Source of the DNA: Eledone cirrhosa
Taxonomy: Eukaryota
NCBI GenBank assembly: GCA_964016885.1
Contig: OZ024740.1
Span: 287,618,001 to 287,682,000 of the forward strand
DNA: 64,000 nucleotides
Direction of reading: 5' to 3'
Position 1 is the first letter of the stretch. Every line of letters starts with the position of its first letter. A program made the position numbers and the translations under genes. The notes beneath the pieces are model-generated. The model made no database searches and was not told where the DNA came from. It was given only the letters and a program-made list of their open reading frames with translations. Below, piece after piece: positions 12,291 to 25,823 of the stretch.

Positions 12291-13015
12291 ATCATCATCA
12301 TCATCATCATCGTTTAACGTCCATATTCCACACTTGCATGGGTTTGGACGGGAGTTTTCCCACCTGAGGCAAAAGTGGTTGTCTTGCTCGCATAGGACTG
12401 TCTGGCGGGTTTTATACAGCTGGATGCCCTTCCTAACACCAACCACATTTACAGTGTGGGACTGGGAAGTTTTTACCGTGTTGCCTACACGGCCACATTA
12501 CAGCGTGGACTGTGTGTTTTTTTTGTCGTGACACCTACACGACCTCATTTGTTTCGGCCTGGATGTTGTGGCACCAACATAACTTTACATTGAAAGGGGC
12601 GGTGTGGATGGGTGGGGGTGGTGGGACGGGGGTGTATTTTGTTAGAAGTGCCTACTGACTGTAGTAGGTTTTACTTTGTATTTAGGTAAGGCGGGTCTTC
12701 TCTATTACTGAGTACCGCCAAAGGTCTCGGTCCAATGACATTGTCTTGGAGAGGTGTAAGTGAGTGAGGTCGGAATTTATCAAGTCGTCCCAGATTTTTC
12801 TGGGTCTGCCTATTCCGTGGCTACCGTCTATCTTTATTGCCCTGCACTTTTTTATACAGCTGTCGTCTTTCATGCGCATCACTTGACCATACCAACGTAG
12901 CCTTCTCGAGTAAACAACATCTGATCCCTCTTATTTCTAATTTTTCCCTTAGTTCGTTAATGCTTTGCCATTCACGTATATTACTATTACACATCCAGCG
13001 GAGCATGCAAGCTTC
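12291..13015 (-). mobile_element. RTE (PHD-type) LINE 3' fragment
   Basis: Highly similar to 47761-48496 (EACMLRWMC...KTRLT, UTR, (GAT)n tail). Confidence 0.92.
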
Positions 13016-14698
13016 ATATATGTATATGTACATTACAACATATATGTATATATACAGACTGTACAATATCAACATAGAGCAGTGTACAACTGTATAGATT
13101 GTATATCTGTGGTAAAGTGTACAGATGCCTAGATGATATAGTATGTGGTTTTCTGTACAACTAGATAACTACACTGCTAATAATGACACAACACCACCAA
13201 CACTAAAACCACACCTACCATCTTTACCATCACAATCATCATCGTTGTTGTTTTAGTCATTGTTGTCATTATCATCATGATCATCAAGCTACCATAACAA
13301 TAAGGAACTTCTCATTTTCCTTGTTGACAAACCATGGGTACATCTACATGGTTGATTAACCTGCTAAAAAAATAACAACCAAATCTCCCTCAAATCACAC
13401 CCTTTAAAAAAATAGGGATACATTGAGCAATACAGTACCTGATTAAGATGAGATGGCCATGGCTAAACACCTGTATTTATAGTTTTGCTCAATTAAAGCT
13501 GACCTGGGTATAAACATCAACAGTAACAGCAGGCAATTTAACAGCCATGTATCTATAAAAGAAGAGTCAAGTTTCCTATAAGGTAGCCACATTCTATGAT
13601 TGATGTACATCCTAGGACTCAAGAATTATAAAGACAAGCTACAGTAACAGCAACTTAAAACCCTTTCCTTACCATATTTCTAATGAAAGACACTGCCTTT
13701 GATATTTAAATAATTTTGAAACTAATCCTGAATCTGGAAGGACTTAATAAAATAACTAACTTTCTCTTGTGTTTGAAGGATAGCTTTACAAAAGTTCTTA
13801 CATAAAATTACGATGCAAAGTTTTTAGATAAATATAAATACTTGAAAATAAAGTCTTGTATCATAGAACCAAAGGGTTAAAAATGTTGAACACTTTTGGC
13901 ACACTTTCTTTTTTAAATTAATTATTCACAGGAAAGTGCTAGTCCCTCGCAGACAGGTGAGATAGTTTGCTTGGTCGTCTATAATTTAATCCGTTAGAAA
14001 GATGAAGACAGGATGAGAAATCTAGACGGTTGTAGCTCATGGGAAGAATGACTGTTTAATACAAAAGCCAGCTGGGAAAGATGAGAAGGAGAGGTGGGTC
14101 AATTAAAAGTTGTGTGAAGCTGGTGGGTAGACAGTTAATTCAGAGGGCCAGAGGCCATTGTAGTAGCAGTAGTAGAAAAAGAAAGAAGAAACAATGCATC
14201 CATCTATGAAAGTAGTGTATTGTGGTGTGAGTGAATCTTTAGTAATCAGTCAGAGGATTTTCTTTTAATATGTTGTGTAGCAGCAGCAGACATATACACA
14301 CACAGATACATACTCATACTCATACAAACATGCATGGAGACACACACACACACGAGTTTGGGGGTTGGTGGGTGTGTAATACAGTATTTTCCCATTCCTC
14401 TCAAATCTACACTGTGTGTATGTTATCGTAATTAGGATTTCAATGACTGGATGCACTCCTCATTACTAATGTCAGTCTCAGAACAATCAGAGTGTTGTTT
14501 ACTTCATCACCAACTCCAGAGAACTGGTGCTTCCACAGGCCAATGAGGAATTCTCTATGAGGCTGTTCAACCTGCTAGAAGCAGCAGTCTAATCTCCTTG
14601 AATGTATACTCTACTATTTTTAAATAAGGAGGACTCGTTGAGTAATGTATTCTGACCAGGGGCGAAGGGTGCGTTATAGAATCTTGAGTTGATTAATT

Positions 14699-14859
14699 GC
14701 GTCGGTTGAAGCAAGCAGAATTTTGGCTGCTTGCTAAATCGTAGACACATAAAAAGATAACAGACACACACACACATACACACAAACACACGACAGCGTC
14801 GGTTGAAGCAAGCAGAATTTTGGCTGCTTGCTAAATCGTAGACACATAAAAAGATAACA
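14699..14859. repeat. 64-bp direct repeat pair with internal hairpin
   Basis: GCGTCGGTTGAAGCAAGCAGAATTTTGGCTGCTTGCTAAATCGTAGACACATAAAAAGATAACA at 14699 and 14796, each followed by (CA)n. Confidence 0.85.
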
Positions 14860-15187
14860 CACACACACACTAGATAACATCACATGCGGCTTTGACCGGG
14901 AGGGTCATTTAGAGGGAATTGGGGGGGGGGGGGGGGGGTAAGGCTGCAAAGCCCCACTTTCCGCCATGGCGATTGGACTGCATGCCCTGCTTTTCAGATT
15001 ACCCTTCACCACTGATTCTGACATACACTATGAACACAAATTGGATGGTTATGGCTGGAAAACCTTTGATAAAAGATTTGCCCAGAGCTGGCCCATGGTT
15101 GAACAACAACAACAACGACAACAACTAGTGTCTCCAAAGGCTGATGGTGATACTGAAATTTATAATGAGGATGACGGTATTCATGAT

Positions 15188-15797
15188 AATTGTTTCTACT
15201 TTAGGCACAAGGCCAGCAATTACCCAGTGCATTACTGGTACTTATAATAATAATAATGATTTCTACTATAAGCACAAGACCAGTCATTTTGCGGGAGGGG
15301 AAAGTCGATTAAATCGACCCCAATGTATTGCTGCTGCTTTAATTTATCGACCCCGTAAGGATGAAAGGCAAAGTTAACCTCAGCGGGATTTGAACTTAGA
15401 CCGTAAAGGGCTGTAATTCCATGCTGCTAAGCATGTTGTCCAACGCTCTACAGATTCTGCCAATGTTGGTTGTATGATATTAGTAATAATGGTGATGGAG
15501 TTTATGGTCATGATGATATGATTCTGTGGTCATAATAGTGATGGTAGTGAAGATTTCAACAATGAAAATAATGGTAATGTTTATGGTAATAATAATGATG
15601 ATGATGATGATGGTGATGATGATGGTGGTGGTGGTGGTGGTTGTGGCGGCGGCAGTAATAGTAATGATAATAATTGTTTCTACTTTGGGCACAAGGCCAG
15701 CAATTATCCCAGTGTATTTCTGCTACTTTATTTTATCGACCCCGTAAGGATGAAAGGCAAAGTTAACCTCGGCGGGATTTGAACTCAGACCATAAAG
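15188..15797 (-). mobile_element. cluster of SINE family A copies separated by (ATG)/(GGT) microsatellite
   Basis: Three partial copies of the shared SINE core and tail, starting near 15188, 15325 and 15672. Confidence 0.8.
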
Positions 15798-16269
15798 TTA
15801 TGATAATAGTAATGATAATAATAAATAGTGATTACTGTCATTGTCATTGCTGTGAAACCCTCTCTTCAAAATAGCTCTTACTGGACAACTTTAATGATGT
15901 TGATCGTGATGATAATGGTGACAGTGTTATTTTGAGAAGTAAAAAACCAAACCTATTATATATACAGAATATAGATTAAATATAGATAAATGACAATGAG
16001 ACAAATAAAATACAAAATAAAATTTTTTTCTTTTAAATAATCAAGAAAGAATCACTGGACAGATTTTAGGGGCAAAACCAACCGACAGGAGACCCAGGGG
16101 TAGAGCCGGAGCAAGATGGTTGGATAACATCCATGAGCTTATCTGGTCATGCTTGGGAGTTCAGCCAAATCAGTTGGAGATGGTTGCTTCTGACAGGACC
16201 TGCTGAAAGGAGTGTTTGAGGACTCTGCTCCCATGACCCTCTCATGAATAAGTGGACAAAGAAGAAGAA

Positions 16270-16560
16270 TATCGTGATTCTGGGTTAAGTCCTGCTGCAT
16301 GACATCTTGGGCAAGTGCCTTCTATATTCTGAACTAGACCAATGTTTTGTGAGTAAATTTGGTAGAAGGAATCTGTAGGAGCCCATTGTATATGTGTATG
16401 AGTTTGTCTATGTCTCTTGTGTCTTTGTGTTTATGTTCAACAAAAAATGATCGCTAAAATAAGTACCAAACTTGAAAAACAAGTACTGGGATCGATGTGG
16501 CTGACTAAATCAAGATGGGCCTCCATGTTTGCAGTCTAATGACTGAAACCAGTAAAAGAA
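16270..16560 (+). mobile_element. degenerate tRNA-derived SINE, second family
   Basis: B-box-like GGGTTAAGTCC then CTTGGGCAAGTGCCTTCT; related pieces near 33910 and 39750. Confidence 0.5.
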
Positions 16561-18796
16561 TAAAAGTATAAATATATAATTCATATTAAAAAAAAAACAA
16601 TAAAAACAACAACAAACTGACAAAATTGTCCACAGCTTTTGTTTGCTTGTAGAGATAGAATGTATTGTTGATGTAGCATGATGAAGAGTTGGTATTATTG
16701 TTCACTTTGGTGTAGTAGTAATGTTGCTGGCTTGATGGGTGATTCCGCTCTCTCCCATATGATCCCTGTGGGAATGTTTGTGACTCGGTGAGTCGAGATG
16801 TGTGGCTGAACTCGTTGCCATAGTCAGTAGTTGAAAGTTGGAGGTTGAAAGTAAAGCTGCCATTAACAATATCCAATGAATAATAACAAACATCACTACT
16901 AAAATAATTTTTATTAAGAAATAACTTATGTTGAAGCTATTGACAATGTAAGAAAATAACAATAACCAAGTGAATTGTAAGTTATTTTTGTATGGTTGGT
17001 TTGCATGAATGCAGTAGTAGTCTGACAAGATGCATTGAACTAACTTTTATCAGGGTGCCAGCCCTGTCGAGAGGGCTGGAGTTTTTTGGCTATGTGCTAC
17101 ATCTCACTACTTGTTTTAACAACTATTAGGATGTCTGCCTTTTCCAAGAAATGAGAGCGGAATGGCTTTAAGAAAATCTTATCTCAAATAACCTCGAGCT
17201 GGTCAGTTTCTCCAGGCTAACTGGTGCCAACTCAAGATAAAGAAAAACTGAACATTATGTTGTTTAAGGGTCAGTTTATGTGGAGGGATTTCGCTATAAG
17301 CTCACCTCCACCAAAACAATTGTAATTTATTTACAATTTAGCTGTCTTGTATTTTATATTGTATACTATCACATATTGATTCTTACAAGGAGTTTGCCAA
17401 AATATTAATAATTTTTATAATTTTCTTTTGTTTGTTTGATAATTAATGCAATAATTAAGATAGTTTGTTTTGTTTTGTAATCATATTTTCAATATTTTAT
17501 TATTAGCAATATTATCATCATCATCTGATATCCATATAAACCCACCACACTCTATACAACATATTCTTGAAATGCCTCCTTCATCCGGCATCCTTAGAGC
17601 AAATGAAAAAGATATCATTATTTTCAAAATCCCGCTGAGGTCTACTTTTTCCTTTCATCCTATCGGGATCAATAAAATAAAATACCAGTCAAGTACTGGA
17701 GTCAATATAGTCAACTTTCTCTTATTAGCCTCAAATTATTTTTAAGGGAGCAGAAATTTTTGGCAGAAATGTTAGTGCATCGGACAAAATGCTTTGCAGT
17801 GTTTCTTCTGGCCCTTTATGTTCTGATCTTGCCAAGGTTAACATTGCCTTTTATCCTTACGGAGGCGATAAAATAAAGTAGTTGAAACACACTGAGGTTA
17901 ATTTAATTGACTTTCCCCTGCCTCAAAATTGCTGGCCTTGTGCCTAAATCAGAAACCATTATTATTATCATTATTATTATTTATTATTATTATTATTATT
18001 ATTATTTATTATAATATCCCATTTAAAATCTTTGAAGTTGAGCACTCGCAACCAGTTCCAATTAAAGTTTTATTCGTTCACAATCTCTCATTCAGTGATT
18101 TTTCTTTTCTTTTCTTTTTTTTTTTGTCTGATTTTCAATCGGGTTAATTAGTAGGCAACATTGATTGAAGTTTCCAGATAAAGACGTGTGTAAATAAAGA
18201 ATTAATCTAGCTTGTTTCTTACGATAGAGAAAGCACTATGGGAGGTCTAGGTTGTGTCTGTTGATTACTTACTGCTAGGCAACTGTGTTAGGAGGGTTAA
18301 AGGTCATTCCATTGTTGATATTATAAGGTCACACTGATATGGAAGAGAGAGAAAAAAATAACAGAATAGAATAATAAGAAACATAGTAAACTTGGCTTTC
18401 AGCCAAACTATTGAATGCGAGTGTGCATAGATAACTCATGTGCATGCAGCTTGGTGTTTGTTTTTGTTTCAAATTTTAATTTTACATCTCTTCACATGAC
18501 AAGTATTTTTGTTGTTTTTGAAAACTGGTCATTAGTAATCAGCTTACCCAGACACAGATGAATACAGACGAGAGGCCGTCTATGTAAGTGCTCAACATGC
18601 TAGAACTAGCAACCAAACCTCCCTCAAATCACATACACGCACTCACACGCACAACTACCTTAAAAGTAAGGCACACATACTGAATAGTATTATTCTCGAT
18701 ACACACTCTATAGATGAAATGTTAGGTAGATGATAGGATGGTCAGGGCTGGAACAAGTTTTACTGTGTGGTTGCTTTAGCATGACTGAATAGCACT

Positions 18797-18846
<50 letters not shown>

Positions 18847-19035
18847 TATATCACCATCTTCGTATATATGCATATATTTATATATATATGTATACATATA
18901 CATGTATATATGTATATGTATGAGCAAGACATGGTCACCTGACTGGACACTGCCCACAACAGGACAACTCATCTAACCCATGCTAGCGTGGAAGAATGGA
19001 CGCAAATCGGTGATGATGATGATAATGATTATATA

Positions 19036-21074
19036 TCATCATCACCGTTTTACGTCCGTTCTTCCACGTTAGCATGGGTTAGACGGGTTGTCCTGTTGTG
19101 GGCAGTGTCCAGTCAGCTGACCTTGTCTTGCTCATACGGGAACTGATTCTAGCTTGATTTCTACAGCTGGATGCTCTTCCTAACACCAACCTCATTTACA
19201 GTGAGTGCTGGGCGCTTTTTTTCCGTGGCACCTACATGTCCACTTTACAGTGTGGGCTGGGTGCTTTTTTGCTGTGGCACCTACTCGACCACTTTGCAGT
19301 GGGAGGGTGTGGGGGCATATGCTTCAGCTTGTACCCGTGAGGGGTCGGGTCTTCTGTATTACTGCATGACGCCAGAGGTCACAGTCGTGTGTCATCGCCT
19401 TTGAGAGATGTAATTGGGTAAGGTCGGCTTTTATCACCTCATCCCAGGTCTTCTTGGGTCTCCCCACTACGCGGTTTTCATCGACTTCTAGTGCTCTGTA
19501 CCTTTTTATGCAGCTGTCATCCTTCATACGCATCACATGTCCATACCAACGCAACCGCCTCTCCTGCACACAGCATTTGATTCCTCTTATGCTCAGTCTC
19601 TCTCTCAATTCATTTATGCTTTGCCATTCGCGTATATTACTATTACACATCTATCGGAGCATGCAGGCTTCGTGTCTTTCTAATCTACGCAAGTCTTCCA
19701 CAGACAGCGCCCAGGACTCACTACCATGTAACATTGCTGATCGTATACACGCATCATACAGTCTGCTTTTCATTTTGAGGGAAAAGCCTTTTGCAGCTAG
19801 CAGTAGCAGTAGCTCCCTGAACTTCTTCCATCCCGTTCTTACCCTAGTTATTGTACTTTCTGAACACCCACCTCCGCTGCTAATTCGGTCACCTAGGTAG
19901 CAAAAGCTGTCTACTGTTTCTACAGAGCCCTCCCAGTTTGGTGGTACCTGTTTCCTGTGGCTGTTTGCTGCTTGCTGTCCCAGCACAGCTGCTACATGTG
20001 AAGCCTACATTCTTAGTTAAGCTTCCTGAGATCCCCCTACATCTCTTGTGTACCCATTGTTTACATTTGGGGCAGAGAATGGAGTTCCTACCTACACCTT
20101 TCCTACATACTGAGCAAGGCCATTTCCCTGAGGGGATCTGGGTTCTGTTTTCTCGTCTACTTACAAGGACCTTAGTCTTTGTCAGGTTGAATTTGAGACC
20201 CTTTGTTTCTAGTCCCTGCTTCCAAGTTGGAATTTTCTCTCTAGTTTTACCATAGATTCAGCTATAAGTGCGAGGTCATCTGCATACAGGAGTTCCCATG
20301 GGTATCTGGTCTTAAACTCCTCCGTTATTGCCTGCAGGACTATGATGAACAGGAGAGGGCTAAGAACAGAGCACTGGTGGACTTGTACGCTAAATTCCTC
20401 GCTATACTCATTGCTAATCCTAACTTTGCTGACTGCTCCCCTATACATGGCTTGTACAGCTTTCACAAGCCATTCCTCTACTCCTAGTTTTCTAAGAGCC
20501 CACCAGATTATAGCACGGGGAACTCTGTCAAAGGCTTTCTCGAGATCGACGAATGCCAGGTAGAGTGGCTTACTTTTAGCTAGGTACTTTTTCTGTAACT
20601 GCCTCACAAGGAAGAGGGCATCAGTGGTGCCTCATCCTAGCACAAACCCAAATTGCATCTCATCTAGTTTCACCCAGACCCTAATCAACTGTGCTATAAC
20701 TCTTTCTGTTACTTTCATGACCTGGTCCATCAGCTTTATACCTCTATAGTTTCCTCTATCTAGTGCATCACCTTTACCTTTGTAGCAGTTGACAATGATG
20801 CTACTGCACCAATCCTTTGGTATGACACCTTCTAGTATTACCTGGTTAACAATACGTTTGGTTATGGTGTGACCTACCGACCCAGATGCCTTCAGCATCT
20901 CGGCAGCTATACCCGATGGACCGGTTGCCTTCCCCGATTGATTGCCTTACTTACTACGCTGCTGCTCATTTGTACTGCTGGCCCATCTACAGGGTCTACT
21001 TTGGGTAGGGTCTCTTCTTCCCATGCATTCTCCTCATTTAGTAATCTATCATAATGGCTCTTCCATGCATCTTT

Positions 21075-21078
<4 letters not shown>
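19036..21078 (-). mobile_element. RTE (PHD-type) LINE, 5'-truncated, frameshifted, about 2 kb
   Basis: Minus-strand ORF pieces colinear with 46232-48097 (NYRGIKL, FVDLEKAFDRVP, LLYADDL, RLRWYGHV); UTR and (GAT)n tail. Confidence 0.95.
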
Positions 21079-21117
<39 letters not shown>

Positions 21118-21217
21118 GAAAGATGCGTGGAAGAGCCATTATGATAGATTCCTGATTATTACTAGAATTCTATAAGAATCAAACATTCATGATTTTCAGC
21201 AAACGGGTGGAGTACTT

Positions 21218-21262
21218 GGCTTTGATAAGTACCAATCAGTACGAAACAGAGCTCTGTCAGCT
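21218..21262 (+). ncRNA. degenerate hammerhead ribozyme (core mutated)
   Basis: GCT-TTGATAA-GTAC(CAATCA)GTAC-GAAA-CAGAGCTCTG-TC-AGC; core differs from CTGATGA at 2 positions. Confidence 0.6.
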
Positions 21263-21416
21263 TTATCTCCCCTGTTTGCTGAAAATTTAAAGTGAGACTG
21301 TCACTACTCTAAAACAATAGCGTAAGGTCTTCGAAATGCTTTTAATTAAGCATACAGTGTATTGCAATATACACTATATATACATTCATATATATATTGC
21401 TATTTCAGAGCACCAA

Positions 21417-21454
<38 letters not shown>

Positions 21455-21569
21455 TAATTTAATATATCAACTAACATAAGCGCACAGATGCACGCCCATG
21501 CTAGCAAATACACAGGTTATGTCATAGTACCTAGGTGGTTCAATGCAGGAGAATGCATTGTTTTACGTC

Positions 21570-21621
<52 letters not shown>

Positions 21622-23061
21622 TTAATAAATAAAACAACAAAACACAGGAGGCAATTTTACACAGTTATATTAGGTACACACTTGGTGGAAATATATATAT
21701 ATATATTGACTTGGTCCTTTCAAAAGTACTAAGTGATGGCATACTAACTAGCTAGAGTATCACTTTACAGATCCCTCAAAATAAGAACCCCCTCCTTGTC
21801 ACACTAAATTTTTAGGCTTCTTCTTTCACTGTTTAACATTATAACACTTCCTCACTCCTAACCTCCACCACCATGACTACTCCAGGAGAAAGCCTGATAT
21901 TGCATTCACTCTGTATGTAGTTAGTAGTCACTAGTTCGAATCAAGATTAACTATTTAAATTGAAAAAGTGAATTTTATTGATTCGAAATTTCATATTTAT
22001 TGGTATATTTACAAATAGAAAGAGACAAAACAAAAGGTGGATGAGATAAAAAAAAAAAAAGGAAATGGGGCAGAGGCAAACTCTACACTATTGCCTGGAC
22101 AGTAGCACATCTCAGCTGCGCCTTGCAGACAAGACAGCAGAAACAATGTCTCGGAGCACAGGCAGCAATGCTTGCTATATCAGCCATTCCACTTTACAGG
22201 TCTCTTTCCTTATGTGAGATGCTCTCTTCCTGGCACAAAAGGAAATGGTCAGACAGGGCTTGATATTTAGTTTAGTTATCTACCATTTGTCTGTGTTATG
22301 GCTGCCAGTGCTTGGGTCCGTGGGCAAAGGGATGAGGTTGGTATCAGAGAACATGTAACAACTCGTTAAACAGGAAAAGGGTTATCTTGTCATTGCAGTC
22401 GAGGTTAACAGGCTTGCAGCTGTGATGAGAAACCAGCCGCATCAAAGCTCTTTTTTGATGATATCATTCAATAAGGCAATGCCAAGGGAACCAACCTGCA
22501 CAGTAATGGCATTTGGGTGGCTCACACATAGAGATGAAGGTGTATGGCTACTCCAAAACAGGTTCACTCATCATCAAGAAGGGCATCAGTTGATGAAGAG
22601 AGCACTGAAGTAAACCACACGCCACTATTTGGCTGCAAGGTAGATCAGAGGCAGGAGAGATGGTGTTGATCTAGGAAAAACTCAATCCTCGAACAGGTTG
22701 AACTGCATTTGATGACATCCCAGTTGCATTTGAAACCTGCATACTGGGGAACAAAGAGTCTATCATCAACCCAAACAATCAGAACTGATTCGAGTTGCCA
22801 GTCCACATTAGGTTCTAATGCTTTACAAAGAACTCCATAGATGAAGACAGGAACTCAGAATTTAAAGGGTTATAACTGAATGCCTCAAAACATTTTGACC
22901 AACACTCTAATGATCCTACCAATCTGCCACTTTTGTGTGTGTAATAATAATAATGATAATACTATTGACAATGACTTTGAAGTTTCACCCCATAGTAGCC
23001 TGTTCCAACTGAGGTGAAAGCTAGTAATAGATCTTAAGTATCTATCTATGAAGAAGAAAGA

Positions 23062-23173
23062 TTAACCCTTTAGCATTTACATTACTCTATATATACTATT
23101 ATATTTTCATGATAAAGGCTTTACCTTACAAAATTCTGGCAGGATACAACCAGTTTAAATGCTAAAGGGTTAA
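23062..23173. mobile_element. piggyBac-like MITE, internally deleted, perfect TIRs
   Basis: TTAA-CCCTTTAGCATTTA...TAAATGCTAAAGGG-TTAA. Confidence 0.85.
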
Positions 23174-23396
23174 AGAGCAGGAAGAGAAGGTATTTGAGAT
23201 TTGAGGGTTTCTAAGCACTCCTGTAACTACTCTATCTTCCCCATTGTAGCTATAATTCTCTCATCTCCATACCAATATACACCTCCATCAACAATTAAAT
23301 ACCAACCACTATCATTATTTCTATTATCTTTCTCAATCCCAATCCCTCTAATTTTAACCAATTCCTTTCTCCTCTTTATAGTATTGATAGATATTC

Positions 23397-24213
23397 ATGA
23401 TGCCTGTATACGAACAGCAATGTTACACGGCAGTGAGACATGGGCATTTCGTGCAGAGGACCTGTGCAGACTGGAAAGAAACGAAGCTTGCATGCTCCGT
23501 TGGATGTGTAATAGTAATATACGTGAACGGCAAAGCATAAATGAACTAAGTGAGAAATTAGGAATAAGAGGGATCAGATGCTGTTTACTTGAGAGAAGAC
23601 TACGTTGGTATGGCCACATGATGCGCATGAAAGACGACAGCTGTATAAAAAAGTGCAGGGCAATCAAAATTGATGGTAGTTACGGAGTAGGTAGACCCAG
23701 AAAAACCTGGGACAATCTGATAAATTCCGACCTTACAGACTTGCACCTCTTTAAGACAATGTCATTGGACCGAGATCTTTGGCGCTACGCAGTAATACAG
23801 AAGACCCGCCTTGCCTATGTACAAAGCGAAACCTACAGTCAGTAGGAACCTCTTAACCCCAACCCACTACCCCTACTCTATCCTCCCACTCCCACCAACA
23901 CCACCCTCTCTCTGTAAAGTTGGTACCACAATATCCAGTCCAAATAAATGAGATAATCAGATCGAGATCGTGTAGGTGTCACGACAAAAAAACACACAGT
24001 CCACGCTGTAATGTGGCTGTGTAGGTAACACGGTAAAAAGTTCCCAGTTCCACACTGTAAATCTGGTTGGTGTTAGGAAGGGCATCCAGCCGTAGAAAAC
24101 CTGCCAGATAGTCTTATATGAGCGAGACACGGTCACCCGACCAACCTTGCCTCAAGTGGGACAACTGCCGTCTAACCCATGCTAGCGTGGAAGATGACAA
24201 TGATGATGATGAT
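23397..24213 (+). mobile_element. RTE (PHD-type) LINE 3' fragment
   Basis: DACIRTAMLHGSETW...KTRL coding remnant plus UTR and (GAT)n. Confidence 0.92.
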
Positions 24214-25254
24214 TCAAAATCTGATGATAATCTTCACCTCACAGATTGAACAAGCCACCATGTGGTTGGAGAGAATGAGAGAATGAAGGGTAAAAACAGT
24301 TTCACAATGGAAAAAAATGATTACGATAAAGAATTTAACATCAACAAACATTGCAGAATTGTAAGATAACTTTGGGTTAGAATGCACTACTACTGCCTGA
24401 ACAGTGATACAGAGCACAACATGTCAAGTGTATATTTAATAGGGTCAATTTGGTTTTGTTGTTCTTTTCTTATGTAAGAAATCTGTTATTAATAAATAAG
24501 AAGCTATTAGTTGTCCTTCCTCTTTATCAGCTTCAGGAAGTTTAATCTGAAGTCTGCTCTTTGTAGAATAAAACAGTCATTACTATTAATCACTGAAATA
24601 ATGACCATGACTTACTAAGCTTCCACTGGAACTGAACTATTGTCTGCTAGAAATATATAGTAGGATAGTGTCATTATCTGCATTTCTGAGATGAGTAGCT
24701 CTATGACATCTTTTCCTTTATTTGTTTCATGTGTTGCATTTTGATCCTTTGTTCTTATCTTTTTGTTTATTTTTCTTTTCTTAATGGTTTGGTCTTCAAG
24801 AAGGGCTGTACCCATTGCCTTCTCAGACCCACTAAGGCCAGTGAGACTGATATGATATGGAAAGAATTCCAGGGAGGGGGAGAACTGGAAATGCTGGTTA
24901 GCTCAGGCATAAGGTGGTTGAAACAATATGAGTGTTGAGAGGAGGAAAGATGAGTGAGCTGGATTGGGTCTGAGTGGAGGTGGCACAAGATTAAAAGAGG
25001 AAACAGCACATCTGTGAGGCAGGAGTTCCAAGACCACCAATCAAGTAACTTCTTTTTTTAAATGCTGTCAATGAAGTTCATGTGCAACATCATTGTCTCA
25101 TATATGGGAGCAATATTTCATTGTGAGTCTTATTCAAGCTTTGCCGAGAGGTAGCAACTGTTAGGAACTGAAGTATAAGGCCTTAGTTTGCTCTTTGATA
25201 GTTTTTAGGTGTTTTATATTTAGTTAATTTAAAAGATAAAATCTAGAGGTTATT

Positions 25255-25440
25255 CATGCTGGAACTTATTCCAGTTTCAATGGCGTTAAGTGACTGATGC
25301 TGGTACTCATTCATTTTCGACTGGATTGATTGGAGCAACATGAAATGAAGTGTTTTGCTTCAGGACACAACATGCTACCTAGTGAGGAAATCAAACCCAT
25401 GACATGATGAATGTGAGTCCAACACCCTAACTCCTTGGGA
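25255..25440 (-). mobile_element. degenerate tRNA-derived SINE
   Basis: Reverse strand has a tRNA-like head (GTTAGGGTGTTGGACT...GGGTTTGATTTC) then GTGTCCTGAAGCAAAACACTT. Confidence 0.5.
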
Positions 25441-25508
25441 AAACTGACATTAAATGATGATGATAATGATGATACATATCTCTCTCTATTTTTTTACATG
25501 CCTTAGAT

Positions 25509-25823
25509 CAGAGGTTCTCAAAGTGGGCGCTACCGCCCTCCGGGGGGCATAGAGATGTTCCAGGGGGCACTGGGGTAATATTAGATATTAGATATCAAAT
25601 GATACATATATAAAAATATAGTAAAATAAAAAAAATATATAATATTTATTTATACATAGTGCATATTGTATTATTTATTATATATAAATTAACTATTTAA
25701 TTTATTATATATTATTTACAATTTGCATGTAAGCAGGTCTCTCTGGAAATAGGGTTACGAGGGCATTGGGGGTATTACAGAGCTGTGAGGGGGGCAGTGG
25801 CCCCAAAAGTTTTTAAACTTCTG
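25509..25823. mobile_element. non-autonomous hAT (Charlie-like) MITE
   Basis: CAGAGGTTCTCAAA...TTTTAAACTTCTG termini; imperfect 8-bp TSD CCTTAGAT / CCTGAGAC. Confidence 0.7.

Noticed and set aside
13932-13956. Possible 25-nt plus-strand micro-exon (CAG|GAAAGT...CAG|GTGAGA)
   Set aside because: Splice-like sites alone; no partner exons or homology
22040-22800. Higher-GC block that might be a decayed minus-strand LINE or coding sequence
   Set aside because: No recognisable motif or sustained reading frame
23201-23845. 214-aa ORF as a host-RT fusion gene
   Set aside because: Chance read-through from flanking DNA into a truncated RTE fragment
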